A DNA stretch of 62,900 bases, counting the filler, from Pelomyxa schiedti (taxonomy: Eukaryota > Protista > Evosea), in the NCBI GenBank assembly GCA_020536535.1. It is 5 parts of 5 records of this genome, joined end to end, with 100 filler letters (N's around TTAATTAATTAA, not from the genome) between each part and the next. Parts side by side here need not be neighbours in the genome. Positions count along the whole stretch, not along the records: positions 29,804 to 53,251 come from JAHLWZ010001057.1; positions 53,352 to 59,991 come from JAHLWZ010001405.1; positions 60,092 to 61,764 come from JAHLWZ010002346.1; positions 61,865 to 62,900 come from JAHLWZ010002959.1; 1 more part is not named here. One strand, 5' to 3'. Positions 50,861 to 62,900 of this stretch are shown here, one piece after another. Below the pieces are notes generated by a model that was given only the letters and a program-made list of their open reading frames with translations, ran no database searches and had not been told where the DNA came from. The stretch's first letter is position 1; each line of letters starts with the position of its first letter. Position numbers and translations under genes: made by a program.

Positions 50861-53251
50861 ATACATCAACGGCGTGTTTTTTGGCCAAAAAACAAAACCC
50901 CTACATATCTTCGTCCCCGGATCCCGAGATTTTGTTTTTGGGTGAGTACAACGGCATTGCTGTTGGGAATGGTGCTGATGGGCACCGACTCGCAAGTTGC
51001 AGAGGAGGAGAGGCTGACGCCGATGTGCATGCAGGCCCCGTCTTGGAACAGTTTTAAAAATAGTGCTGAACGAATCTGTTATTAATAACAGCCCTTAAAA
51101 TCACTCAGTGATTGAGTGAGTGAGCTGTGTTGCTTGGGCTTCGGATTGCGGCACTACTCGAGGGTTGTGGGGTGCTGTGGGGCCAGTAAGTGTTTGGGGC
51201 AAAGTGGGCCTGTTACTTGGCACTCTCTATTGAGAAATCACTAAAGCGGAGAATTGTTTGTAATGTACAGGATGCATAACTCGTGTCATGGTTTCCGTCG
51301 GGTGAAGTAAAGAGAGAGAACATGTGATCCGGGCTGCTGAATCGTCCTCTCATTGAAAGCTCTAAGTGCGTTAAAGACCAGCAAGTAAATTCTGGTAATA
51401 AGTTAGCTTTGAGGAATGAGATGCACATAGGAGGACAACTGTAGTACGTGAAATCACTACTGCAACCATAAAGGTCACAGAGGAAGCTGTTATGAATCAA
51501 GATCCAACATAGAGGCAAGGTTTCACAAAAAAACCGGAAAACCTTTAAGGTCCTGTGTTGACAAAGAAAGCTAATTTCTCACCTGTGTTTGTCAAACGAG
51601 TTGCATAGAGCTGGGAATGCATTCCTTTGGAAGGGACTGTTTTTTTGTTTTGAGTAACTGTAATAGACGGGCAAATATGAAGCAACCCTCCACTTACGTA
51701 CAAATGACTTCCACTGACACGCATACACTCCTCTCTGAGTGGTTCACTCGATGTACTTAGTTGAACCAAGCATCAACACGCCAAGTTGCAGATGGGATGG
51801 TGGGAGATGGGTACCACATTCCCTGAGGGGGAGTAAATGGTAGCACACAATTGAGAAGGGCTGAGGTTATTGTTTATGAGGTTGTGGTTATTGGAACAAT
51901 AATTTGATGGCTTCGAAGCTTCGGTTGTTTGTTTTTGATGCACCAACGGCCTGTTGCTGTACCACAGTGTCCTCTTGTGGCTGCGGATACCCCTTTACTC
52001 CCTGGTAATCAAATGACACTTGTAGGCAGGAAATCTGTGTGGAAACTGTGAAAACACGCCCACCAACGGCCTACCATCAAAAATACAAACCAGTGTCTCC
52101 CACTGCAACGCTCACAAGCAAGAGTCGAACAGCCCCCGACCAGCCCGGACACTCCCGCGAGGCTTGACTTAGTGGTGCTCGCTGTTCTGTTTGTTTTATG
52201 TCGTTGTGGGGATCTTACACTCTCACCCCTCACCCACCCACCCACCCACCCCGCGTGCATGGCGTGCCACAAGATCCACATCCGGGGAAATTGAATTAGT
52301 TGTGACACATTGCTTACAATGCACCTCGATTTGCCTGCGTGGTTGTCAACATTCACAGCCCCAACTCCGTTGCGTCAATCCTCAGTCCCCTGCACGCCGA
52401 CACGCGTCGCCTACTCCACAATTCTGCCCGCAAACGAAAAAAATGATTGCAGATTGCAGGTACAGATCTCTCAGGAGGATGTGATTTGACCCTTAGGGAC
52501 CGAGCACCCAATGCTGGGGCAGCGCCCACAATGCGCAGTTGTTGTCCACGTGACGTTGTTGCATGTATCTAGGAACAGCCAAGTCCTGTGATTTCTGCTA
52601 TCCAAAAGGCTATCCTATTTCTAAGGGCAATTGCGAATGTGTCACCTTCTGAAAGGCAATCGACATAAAATGTACATCAATCCAAAACATAAAAAACATA
52701 AAAACCACTACCGACGCACCAGCTGGATTATCGCAATTATGAACAACTAGTCGGACTGGAAACCACAGACACAACACCACCTACGTGCAACTGAATCCCT
52801 CCCCCAAACATGCGGCTTTCGTACGATCAGTAAAGAGGGTACAACGCCGTTTTCCTCTTTAAAACATAAATTGTTGCACTACGTTATTTAAACTACTCCC
52901 CACGCCAGTAGATTTTATTAATTCTTATCATGTTACAAGGGGGTCACTTACAGTGCATCATGAAGTTCGTTTCGTACCGTACTACTACGAGAAAAGGGAA
53001 GAGCCAAGGCCAAGGTTTGTGGCCCCAAATTCCATTATTTTCATTGTTCTGAAGCCAATCCCAGAAAATGAATGCAAGCAAGATCGGCTACTAATGGATG
53101 GCTACAGTGCACTACGAGTGTCATACTTACCCCCCAAATACTCTCTGCAAAAAAGGTGTCCAAGGTATATCAGTACACTTTTTCTCCTCCCCAAAAGCCA
53201 GTAAACATGGCTCCTCTCAAATCGGCCAGTAAACATGGCCCACATTTCACA

Positions 53252-53351
53252 NNNNNNNNNNNNNNNNNNNNNNNNNNNNNNNNNNNNNNNNNNNNTTAAT
53301 TAATTAANNNNNNNNNNNNNNNNNNNNNNNNNNNNNNNNNNNNNNNNNNNN
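53252..53351. other. Artificial assembly spacer
   Basis: N-TTAATTAATTAA-N. Confidence 0.95.
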
Positions 53352-53363
53352 ACAAATCAAACG

Positions 53364-54562
53364 ATGGCAGAGGGCAACCGACAACCACAGCAAAGACGAC
53401 CAAGGCCGTTTGCGTCGCAGTGCACACTTGCGGCACCAGAGCACATCCTTCGGGCATGCGACCAACTCGTGGTGTTGCTCTTGGGGCTCGTGGCGCCGCG
53501 ATGCGCGGCGCGCAGCGCGGCCGCCACCCTCACGCATCCCATAATCATACACGAGATCGGCGCCAGGTATGTCATGCACGTGGACAGGAGGATTGCCATC
53601 GGTGGGCGGGGTCTTGTTGTGGTCGGCGAGGACGATGAGGAGGAGACGCCAGGGTGGCGTGGCTCCTGGCTCGACGTGGTGTTCGTGGGAATTTCACTGA
53701 CGCTGGGTGTTGTGGAAAGATGGGCGCGCGGGAGAGTCGATGATGACGCGTACTGTTTTGCACCACTGCGTGGGTTCAAAGGCTGGGTGGGGAAGGGACG
53801 TTTAGTGGTGCAGCGGCGGGGAGCAGGGGATGCATGGGCACTCCTCAACTTTGAAACAATGAGGGTTGAGCTTGATGCCTTGGGAGGGAGAGAGACTTAC
53901 TGGAGTGGCGGAAAATGGGTGGTGTCGCTTTCGAGAGGTAAGCCCATGATCATCTTTCCTAAGAGCGGACTTGGCTCTGAAGCTTGCCCTGCAACTCTCC
54001 TGCACAAGGTAGAGGTTCCGACAGTGGTTGATTCAGTGACATTTTTTGATGGAGATGATGTGGCTGCATTGTCGGCGATGTACAATGTGCAGTGCGTCAG
54101 ACACGGACCTACCTCACCAGCCGGCTGGTTCTCACTAACTCATTCTATACTGGCGGCTACATTTCTGCCCTTTATCAGTCAAAGCAGCACGGGCTGATTG
54201 CGCAAGTCATGCACTTATGGTGGTCATCTAACCAACCTCCCCTGAATTCCTTCTCTTTTGTGTCACTTCAGTCACACAAGGTGTTGTACAGGTCTCAGCC
54301 AGGACAAATCTACAAGCTGGATAACACTCACTTTGCTGAAATTGGTACGAACTATGAGACACTGAGTGTTTACTCAATTGATGACTTTGATCACCCTGTG
54401 CGTGTCTTTCTGGCGCCTGCTCGTTTCAGCTGTGAGAATGGGTTCATTTTAATCGAGGAGACATCACACATTGACCTTGTTGATGCCGTCACTGGCAAGT
54501 GGCTATTACGCCAACCGACGGTGCCCACAACGAGGAGGGAATTAAGGATCCAAACATCATGA
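53364..54562 (+). CDS. Hypothetical protein, beta-rich, probably from a lineage-expanded family
   Basis: Two overlapping ORFs joinable by an intron near 54085-54120; N-terminal ACDQLVVLL...PRCAARSAA motif. Confidence 0.55.
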
Positions 54563-54796
54563 GACCATCCATCCCTGTTTGTTGATCGGCAACAACGTGA
54601 CACTGTATCTCTTTGACCAAAAAAAAAAAAAAATACAATAGAGTGCAAGTGATTACAAAATTTTTGCTGTTGTGGAGGGTAAGCCCCAAGAGTTTAATTT
54701 TATTTATTTACTTGCTGAGGCTTGGCAGTGGGAGTTTTTGGTTTGTATGGATTATGATTGTTTTCTTGGTGGCGGTGCACTTGTTGTGAAAGAGTT

Positions 54797-56196
54797 TCAG
54801 TCTTCTTGCAGCCTTTCAAGAAGACCACCACAGTGAGAACATTGGACAATGCAGTCAAGCACATCACAGTATTCATCTTCTTCACAAGAGCAACCTGCAA
54901 GTCTGCACAAGCGTTTCATCTTCCTATTTTTTGGGATGTGCAATATTATTAGATTAAGTTTTGTATGTATTGGTAGGCTTACTGGGGCTTCTCTATTGTC
55001 CAGTCACAGTGAGCCTCTTTAGTTGCCAGCAGAACCCATGGGTGTGGTGGGTTGCTGCCCAGCTCCTCAACAGGTTCAGGTGGTATTTGCGTTTCACTTC
55101 TAATGACACAGCACCAAACAGAGAGGGAACCCTCTACTCCCTCCACATCACCATTTACATTTGCAAATCCAACACTGTACACAAACACTTTCTCTTTGTA
55201 AGTGATGGAGTAGAACCATGCAACTCCTGAATATTTCTCATCACACCTCTCAGTCTCTGAGAATGGGTCGCAACCATTCTCCTGATTTCTATCTTTGGAT
55301 GAAAAGGAATGCGTTATCAGATTCACTCTTTGCCCGAAGGCTGTTCCTCTGGCCTTCTCTTCACGTGTTGGTGTAGAAGAAGCCACCTTGAACTGCCAGC
55401 GTGTGTAAGAAGCCCAAGATTCCACAAAATGGAGGGCAGCTACAGTGAGGTTGAGCTGTGTACTCCCCACAGCCGTATTCCTACATCTAGACTCAGCCAG
55501 TGCGATTGGGTTAGCAAAATTCCTCATTGCAGCCCGTAACCCGAACATGAAGTCGACCCTCTCACAAGCAGCCAGGCAAGTACGGGAGCACAGGGCAAAC
55601 CTCGATAGAGACGCCGCGACGCCACGGTAATTATATCTGGGTTTTTCCTCCTCCTCCTCCTCATCCTCGTCCTCCTCGTCCTCCTCCTCCTCCTCCTCAT
55701 CCTCGCTGGTATCATCTGCCACCACAATTGGTTCATCCCTCTTGCCAGAGCCGCGGGTGGCGCGACCGGTGGTCGCTCCAGAGGCGCGCCGTGCCAGTGG
55801 TTCTGACACCGCCGCGGCCGCCGCCCGAGCCATCTGTGCCGTGTAGACTCTCGGCGGAAACACGGGTGGCCACACTAGCATCGCCGCTATCAATTCCAGC
55901 ACCTTTCGAGGCACCACAACATCTAATCCGCGAGGAGCCCCGCCGTCGCCACGTACTGTTTGTTTTTGTTGATGTTGTTGCGATGGTGGTGGTGTGGGCG
56001 GGGGCGGCGGCGGCGGTGGCGGTGGCGGTGTTGCTCCTGGAGGGACGGAGACAAGCTTTGTTGTGGTGGTGGACGATAATACATCCTCACCTGTGACACC
56101 CATGTTGCCATCCTCTGCGTGCCTGGCACGCTTGGTAGGCAGCACCCTTTCGGGAGGTGCATCATCATCGGTGCCCTTCTGTTCCTGTTGTTGCAT
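54797..56196 (-). CDS. Hypothetical protein with poly-Pro and acidic tracts, possible F-box-like segment
   Basis: Long ORF; VVPRKVLELIAAML...LSRFALCSR; short Cys-rich last exon. Confidence 0.5.
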
Positions 56197-56236
56197 GTTG
56201 ATGTTGAGGGAAGTGCATAACTTTGGATTTTTTATT

Positions 56237-59200
56237 TTATTCACTGGTGAGGATTGATCGTGCATCATAGGCAGAGAGCCTTGTGCCCTTATCTGGGTCC
56301 ATCATTCCAGTGAGCACTTTTTTTAAGCTTTGTGCCTGTTGTGATGACAACAAAGTGGCTGGGAACAAATTGAGGAGTGTTTCAGTGTTGAACTCACTCA
56401 TGTTAGAGAATGTGTTGCTCCCAATGAATCTGGAAGAAGGCAAAAGCAAAGCATCATAAAATGTGAGTGCCAGGGCAAATGAATCACACTTGGAGTAGGA
56501 GAACACTGCACTACTACCTTTGGTGATTCGCTTCAAAAATATGGAAAGCTCTGGTGGGAGAGTCCCACAGTTTCCCCAGTACTGTGATGTGTATGAAATT
56601 GTAAGCTCCAGGTTGGGACAGTGTTGGGCTTCACCAAAGTCGATCAAGGTCAGTTTGCCACTCATTGGATCCACAAGAATGTTGTCTTCTTTAATATCCC
56701 TAAACGCAGGTTACTACAATTAGAGGAAGTGGTTTACCGGTGAACAATAAAACACGATTCAATGTGGTGAATGGCCTTAAGTCCTTGGATGAAAGTATCT
56801 TTCACAGCATTGATTTCACATAAGGATGAAAAGAATGAAGACAAAGTGACGCCAGCATGAGGCATGAGTATGGCTAAAGATTTATTTTTGCTCAAGGATC
56901 GATACACATCTTGGTCTTCTGGTATTTTTGTAACAAACTGTTCTGGGAGGCTATTTTGTTGTTAAACATGGGTCATTAAGGTTAAGTAACCTTGGGATAA
57001 CCAAAGCACCAAGAGGGTGAATAATGTTTGGGTGGTCAGGTATTAAAGACAAAGTCACACACTCGGCCATGTATTTCTGCCTCAATAAAGTGTGTCGCGG
57101 TGTGTTTTCCCAGTTAAAAACAACTTTCATCACTAAATCCAATAGTTTTGAAGCTCCAGAGTTGAGATACTTAACCTTGTAGGCTACAGCATTAGAGCCA
57201 GATCCTAAAAATTGGTCCACTTGAAACTCAGAGACTTCTGCGGAAATAAGTGACGTCATTGTATTGACAATCTCCTAAAATGTGTCTGCAAAAGTTGGAA
57301 ATATAAAATTACTTTATATCTTGTTACAGTGATGTGCTCTTCAGAAAAAGCTTCTTGGAGATCATTCAACTGAGACAACAACTAAAAAATAGATAAATCA
57401 CATTGTAATTCTTCTTGGTACCTTCTGGTTTTTTGTTTCTAATACTGTTGTTTTTTCACATTCCTCTCTTAAAAGATGTTGTAATCTTTGAACCTTTTCT
57501 TTGTTATTCTTTGGTCAGAGAAATCTAAGTCACACCTCTTCTCTGTCTCTCTCCATTTTATGAATACAGTCCTGTTGAGGCAGTGCGTCATTGTTCTTGT
57601 GGTTTGTAAGGTTTGTCTTTCCATAGGGATACCTTTTTAGAGTTGAGATACTGTTCTCCAATCCTTGCCAATAACTGAGTCTTCTCATACTGTAGCTGGT
57701 CTGGAAATTTTTGGAGTACAACAGTTGGTGCAATGAATCTAGATGACTGCAGGAATGCAATGAGTTTTTTTCTAGTTTCTCCAAGAAGCCCAAGTTCGGT
57801 TCCAGCTGTCTGCAATATCAAATAAGTTTGTGATACAGATGTCAAGACACTAAAATTCGGACAGTGTGAAATTATGTCAATGTATTGAACAACAAGCTCA
57901 TTGTGTATATCAGGATCCTCTGAGCCTTGACTGATGAGAAACTCCAGGTAGGGGGCAATTAATTTGATGGAAACAGGGGAAAGCTCCTTGCACCTAAGGT
58001 GGGCAAGAACCTCTGTAGCTGGGAGTTGGTCATCAGTTGCTCTCTCTCCTTGGGTGAATATTGTGAGTGCAGCCAGTGGATCAAGCAAGAGCACTCGAGT
58101 TGAGAAATTAAGAATCAGATCAAGGTATTTTGCACCTAGACACTTTTGGGGGTCAGTTAAGCTCTGAAACAAGTGGTACCTTCAAATAGTCAATGGTTTG
58201 TTCTACTGCAATGGTCTCCTTTGAAAATCGTCCCCTGGCACAAAGGAGGTTCAAAGCCTTAGTATGGAGTTCTCTGGTTTGCTTGCTTTTATAAAGCCTC
58301 ACCAGCATAAGGAGACATGTCTCATTCTTGTTAATATCGGCTGCACTCAACAAGAAAAGTTCACATTCTTCCAAGTGACAGTTGTTGGGGCCAGATAGAA
58401 GGTCTCCTAGTTGCTTGAAGTCACTCACATTGCAACATGTTTTCAGGAGTGTAGTATCTACGATTGTGGGTAGGTGAGTGCAATTGTGGTAGCGAACTTC
58501 TATTGGGTTTTGTGTAGGGCATGCTTTATTCTCTTGTGGATTTGGGAAGGAATGAGCACAGGCAGTCCTTGTCGATGCCAAGAATCCCTAATTTTCATCA
58601 GTGTTCAATAATTGGGAATTTGGTTGACTTACACACAAAGCCTTCTGAGCACAGAACCGTGCCTCCCCCAGAGGCTCATGCAGATCAAAAGCAGTGTTGT
58701 ACTTCACTGTTCCACATAGACCGCAAGGAAGCAGGTTGGTATAGAGCCCAATAACATCAATGACAGGAATGTGCAGCTCCAAGAACTTTCTCATTGCTTC
58801 TTCATAGTGACCCTTCTCAAAAAGTGAGAATGCTTGCTGAGTAGTCACACTCTCAATCATCCTTAGCCGAAGTGGGTAATCTCCAGGGAGTGCCTCACAC
58901 AACGCCAAGGCGGCACCACATTCATGGGCTGAGCATAACTGATCAACAGTTTGCGAAAGAGGAACTGGAGTCAGTTGGTATATCACTCCACCATTTGTAG
59001 CAACGTAGATGATGGACTTCCCAGCTTTTGGAGGAAACAAGTCACTTTGAGGTAAAGCTTTGCAGCAAATGGCTTTGGCTTGGCAGATTGGCAGTAGTTG
59101 GTAAGGATTAGCAGAGAGCCAAGTTTTGACTTCCAGAAACTTATTGGCCAGGGAAATAACATAAGGATAAGCAACAACAACTGCAAGTGGGGGTGCAGCC

Positions 59201-59986
59201 CAGGTTAGTAGTGCAGGAGAACTGCTTTGTCTTCGTTCTAAATCAAAAGTGGTACCCTTGTTACCGATAACAAGGAGAAGACGATTATCTGGAATTGGTG
59301 CCACTGATGATGCCTTAGATATTTCGGTTATTTCCCATGTGGTCATATTCACAAGAAAATATTCTTTGTTGGAGCCAAAACATATTCCGTTGTTCCACCA
59401 TATGAGAGAGCTTGGAGCCTCAAATGCATGCGGAAAGTCACGGAACTCAGAGAAATCAGAGCCAGTCCATACAAAAAGGATAATATTCCTCTTCAAACCG
59501 GCCAGTAGCACCAATCCACTTGTGGTGGTGAATTGTACCTTGATTGTTGAGCAGCCCTTAGTTTTAGGTACCACTGACTTTTTTTTTTTTGTTGTTTTAG
59601 AAGGAAAACTGGAGGAGTAAAACGTATACATTGAGACTAAAAGTAGTGCTCGATGCATCACCATCTGTACTTTCAACAGGCAAATTGTGGACATATACTT
59701 GATCAGAAAGACTGACCAAGATGCCATACTCCTCAACGACTGATAGTTGCACCAATGTGCCTTTCTGAAAGAAGTCGGACCACATCACCAACGACAAGTT
59801 GTCGTTTCCGCCTCCAGGGCGCACAGAATATACGAACAGAGAACTGTCCGCCGTGCCCACCAACAGTTTGTCGGTTCCCCAGCTCTCGATGCACTTAATC
59901 TTGGTAGGTAACAGCTTGTTGGCACAAGTAAGTGGCACAACGTCGAACGCGTCCAGCACCCCGACGCTGTCTCGTGCGACGAACAT
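56237..59986 (-). CDS. Vps39/Vam6-like N-terminal half (CNH beta-propeller plus helical repeats) fused through a coiled coil to a protein kinase
   Basis: KIKCIESWGTDKLLVGT, WAAPP..YPY, VDTTLLK, YLEFLI...HNELVVQY; kinase LGSGSN, HRDIKEDN, DFG, PPE; phase-0 introns link the regions. Confidence 0.72.
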
Positions 59987-59991
59987 GAGAC

Positions 59992-60091
59992 NNNNNNNNN
60001 NNNNNNNNNNNNNNNNNNNNNNNNNNNNNNNNNNNTTAATTAATTAANNNNNNNNNNNNNNNNNNNNNNNNNNNNNNNNNNNNNNNNNNNN
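59992..60091. other. Artificial assembly spacer
   Basis: N-TTAATTAATTAA-N. Confidence 0.95.
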
Positions 60092-60879
60092 GAAGTAATG
60101 AGGCAACTGAAGAGGGCACTGGACCCGGCCACGGCTCATTTGGTCACAGACTGGTTTGACGTGTATTCTTCCTTATGCCCGATTAATATCCCACCTTGGT
60201 CTTGCTTGTTGTTTGTTGTTCCGTACATTTAACATATCGACTCTCGTTGTACCCTCAGTGTTGGTTCCTAACACATCAGAGATTTCGCATAAATTGGACT
60301 TGCATTCCTCTTCTTGCTCAAGTTTGCAAATGTCCAATGTCCAGTGGACGACAACGGGAACTATCCTACGTTTTATTGCGCCACATACCACTGGAGGCAA
60401 GGCTTTATATACAATGTGCAATCATTGGAGCGGTTACAGTTGAACGAAAACCTGAAGTGCATGGGGCAGCTGCTGAGGTTTCTTAAGATGGTAGTCAAAA
60501 CGAAATTGAAAATGAGGCAAAGGTTGTTGCGTGTATTCTAGGACAAGTGCACCCTAGTGAATGGCCAGAGCTACTGCAACTCCTGAAAGAGCTTATGCAG
60601 AGCTCGGATGTCAATCACCAGAAGGTTGGAAGAAGTTCTTTTCTCTTCGTTTATTATTAATCCTTCCTGGCAGTCCTTCTTTAGGATACTGTACTTGCAA
60701 CTGGATATCATTCTGGCTCAAGAGCTATTCACGGAACAATTTCTTTTCGAAGTGATAACTGCTCATATTTTAAATGAACAAAGTGATCCCATGGTAAGAT
60801 GTACACTTCAAGCTCTGGTGTATATGCTCCGACAAGAAAGCAAATGTCCTTTCTAAATAAAAATAGATCTCTGCTTCCA

Positions 60880-61760
60880 CTATTTACAACGGAAGTGCCA
60901 CACCGGCCAAGGAAGTAACAGATGAAACGTTGAATGGCGAAAGTCCTCCAATGGTGAGAGCACCCTATTACCAGGATTAATTTCAAATACAGTTTGCTGC
61001 TGCTGTCTTGGACCAGATGGCTGCCTCACTTCCAACTGTGAAGGTGTACACAAGTGTCATGACTGTTGTGCCTTCCCTTGTGGTCAATTGCAACCCATGG
61101 CTACGCAAGGCTGCAATGACCTCACTTGCAGTTTAGTATTACTTTTTCCCATACTGCACATCTATTTCTTTTCTTACTCCTGCAGGCCATTGCCGAACAT
61201 TGCTCCGAGTCGATAAGGGAGGATTTGTCAACAGTTGTTCCCACTGTGGTTAGACTCCTTAATGACCCATGTGTCCCAGTACGGCTGGGAGCACTGCTGG
61301 TTGTTCGTGAATACTCAGGTCTTCACACCTATTTTTTTTCCCCTTTCCAGTTTCAAAACAAACCCCAAACTTCATTTTACCAGACTATGTATGGCCAGAT
61401 TTCATGGCGTACCATAGCCAAATCCTACCCCCCCTATCTGAGAACATCCGCAGCAATGAGTGGTGTTTACAAAGAGAAGCAATCATTACCCTTAAATTCT
61501 TCACACAACACCTTGGTGTGATTTTTCCTAGAAAATGTAAATGTGCTTGGCCATGCGTTTTACCTTTTTTAGAGTCTCAAATCAACCTATACCTGTCTGA
61601 TATGATGCAACTACTTGGCAGGATGCTATTTTCAGACCTGTCTGACTGTGCTGTGGACACCATTGCTGCTGCTGCAGAGGCAGCAGGACAAGTCATAGCC
61701 GATGCTCAATCCAGCAGGACATTCTTCCTTATTTTCCTGAAGTTACTCCAATACTTATGA
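60880..61760 (+). CDS. HEAT-repeat protein fragment, importin-4/karyopherin-beta-like (partial)
   Basis: AVLDQMAASLP, RKAAMTSL-AIAEHCSE, LNDPCVPVRLGAL, YHSQILP, YLSDMMQLL. Confidence 0.6.
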
Positions 61761-61764
61761 ATAT

Positions 61765-61864
61765 NNNNNNNNNNNNNNNNNNNNNNNNNNNNNNNNNNNN
61801 NNNNNNNNTTAATTAATTAANNNNNNNNNNNNNNNNNNNNNNNNNNNNNNNNNNNNNNNNNNNN
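61765..61864. other. Artificial assembly spacer
   Basis: N-TTAATTAATTAA-N. Confidence 0.95.
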
Positions 61865-61986
61865 CTCTGCGGAGGTGTGCCGCAGTGTTGTTGATGATGC
61901 TGGTGTAGAGTTTGTCCCACCAGAAGGCCTTTGGGGTTCTACAGGCCCAATTGGGGGGTTCAAACTCCTTGTCATCCAGCACAGAT

Positions 61987-62110
61987 GAGGCTGTTGACGA
62001 ATGAACATGTGAGTTCTGTTGGTGCTCCTGTTGACTCCCAGCATACAGGAGGCTGTTGACAAATGAACATGTGAGTTCTGTTGGTGCTCCTGTTGACTCC
62101 CAGCATACAG
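61987..62110. repeat. Two tandem copies of a 62-bp unit
   Basis: GAGGCTGTTGAC...CCCAGCATACAG starts at 61987 and 62049. Confidence 0.9.
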
Positions 62111-62140
62111 GAGTAAACACATACCTGTCTGAGCACCTGA

Positions 62141-62900
62141 AAAATTCTTCGAAAAAAAAAAATTTGAAGTCAGACTTTTTGAGTTTCGGGCAATGGGTGT
62201 ACAGCACTGTTCCACCTGTTGTTATCGACGTGCCATTCATGTCAAAGTGTTTCCTTAAATGCAGACTGCACTGGACGATGCGTTTTACTTTGATTGAAGA
62301 TCAGGGGACCCCACGACACGGTTGTGATTCAACAATTCCTGCATTTAGTCATTTGTTTGGAGAGGTGTGGCACAATCGTGGAACATTTGGTGCACATGAA
62401 CTGCCTGGGTCATTGGTAATTCACTGACACAGTTCATATCGTGCTTTGTTGCTCTCTGATGGTAAAAATCGATGGTCAACTTTTTCCCTGTTTTTTCTGA
62501 CTTAGTTTTTTTTTTCCAGAAGAAAAATTCTTCAAAAAAAAAAAATTTGAAGTCAGATTTTTCGAGTTTGTGACAATGGGTGTACAGCACTGTTCCACCT
62601 GTTGTTATCGACGTGCCATTCATGTCAAAGTGTTTCTTTAAATGCAGACTGCACTGGACAATGCGTTTTACTTTGATTGAAGAGCAGGGGACCCCACGAC
62701 ACGGTGGTGATTCAACAATTCCTGCATTTAGTCATCTGTTTGGAGAGGTGTGGCACAATCGTGGAACATTCAATGCAGGTGAACTGCCTGGGTCATTGGT
62801 AATTCGTCGACGCAGTTCATATTGTGCTTTGTCGCTCTCTGATGGTAAAAATCGATCATCAACTTTTTCCCCCTTTTTTTTGACTTAGTTTTTTTTTTCC
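62141..62900. repeat. Two diverged tandem copies of a unit of about 380 bp
   Basis: AAAATTCTTC...TTTGAAGTCAG...GACTTAGTTTTTTTTTCC recurs at about 62141 and 62524. Confidence 0.9.

Noticed and set aside
50880-53251. Possible spliced genes on either strand
   Set aside because: Short ORFs and intron-like signals exist, but I could not build a recognisable protein or a reliable model
61987-62110. CRISPR-like array
   Set aside because: Only two adjacent copies, no unique spacers, no cas genes, eukaryotic context

Overview
This is gene-dense eukaryotic DNA with many short GT-AG introns (mostly about 40-90 nt) and very short intergenic spacers. It is built from five pieces joined by artificial 100-nt N-TTAATTAATTAA-N spacers. 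Gene content (RJL GTPase, HPS3, ATG8, RER1, NKAP, TRM112, UBE2O-like E2, GH38, SLC26) and an expanded hypothetical family suggest an amoebozoan, probably an anaerobic archamoeba such as Pelomyxa (inference). All gene models below were spliced by eye. The most striking element is a roughly 7-kb cluster (29804-36618) with four genes: a NADAR gene, a Zn-finger IFI44-like GTPase, a divergently transcribed IFI44-like GTPase-Ubl-PARP fusion, and a degenerate NADAR-X-Ubl gene carrying a matching Ubl domain. Together they look like an ADP-ribosylation writer/eraser defence locus. Other unusual genes are an intron-containing, lipid-anchored stand-alone CZB zinc-sensor protein, a radical SAM SPASM exon, a ZZ-finger carboxylic-acid-reductase-like A-T-R enzyme, an LRR-Ras fusion, a GH38 mannosidase with perforin-2-like Cys repeats, and a Vps39-kinase fusion.
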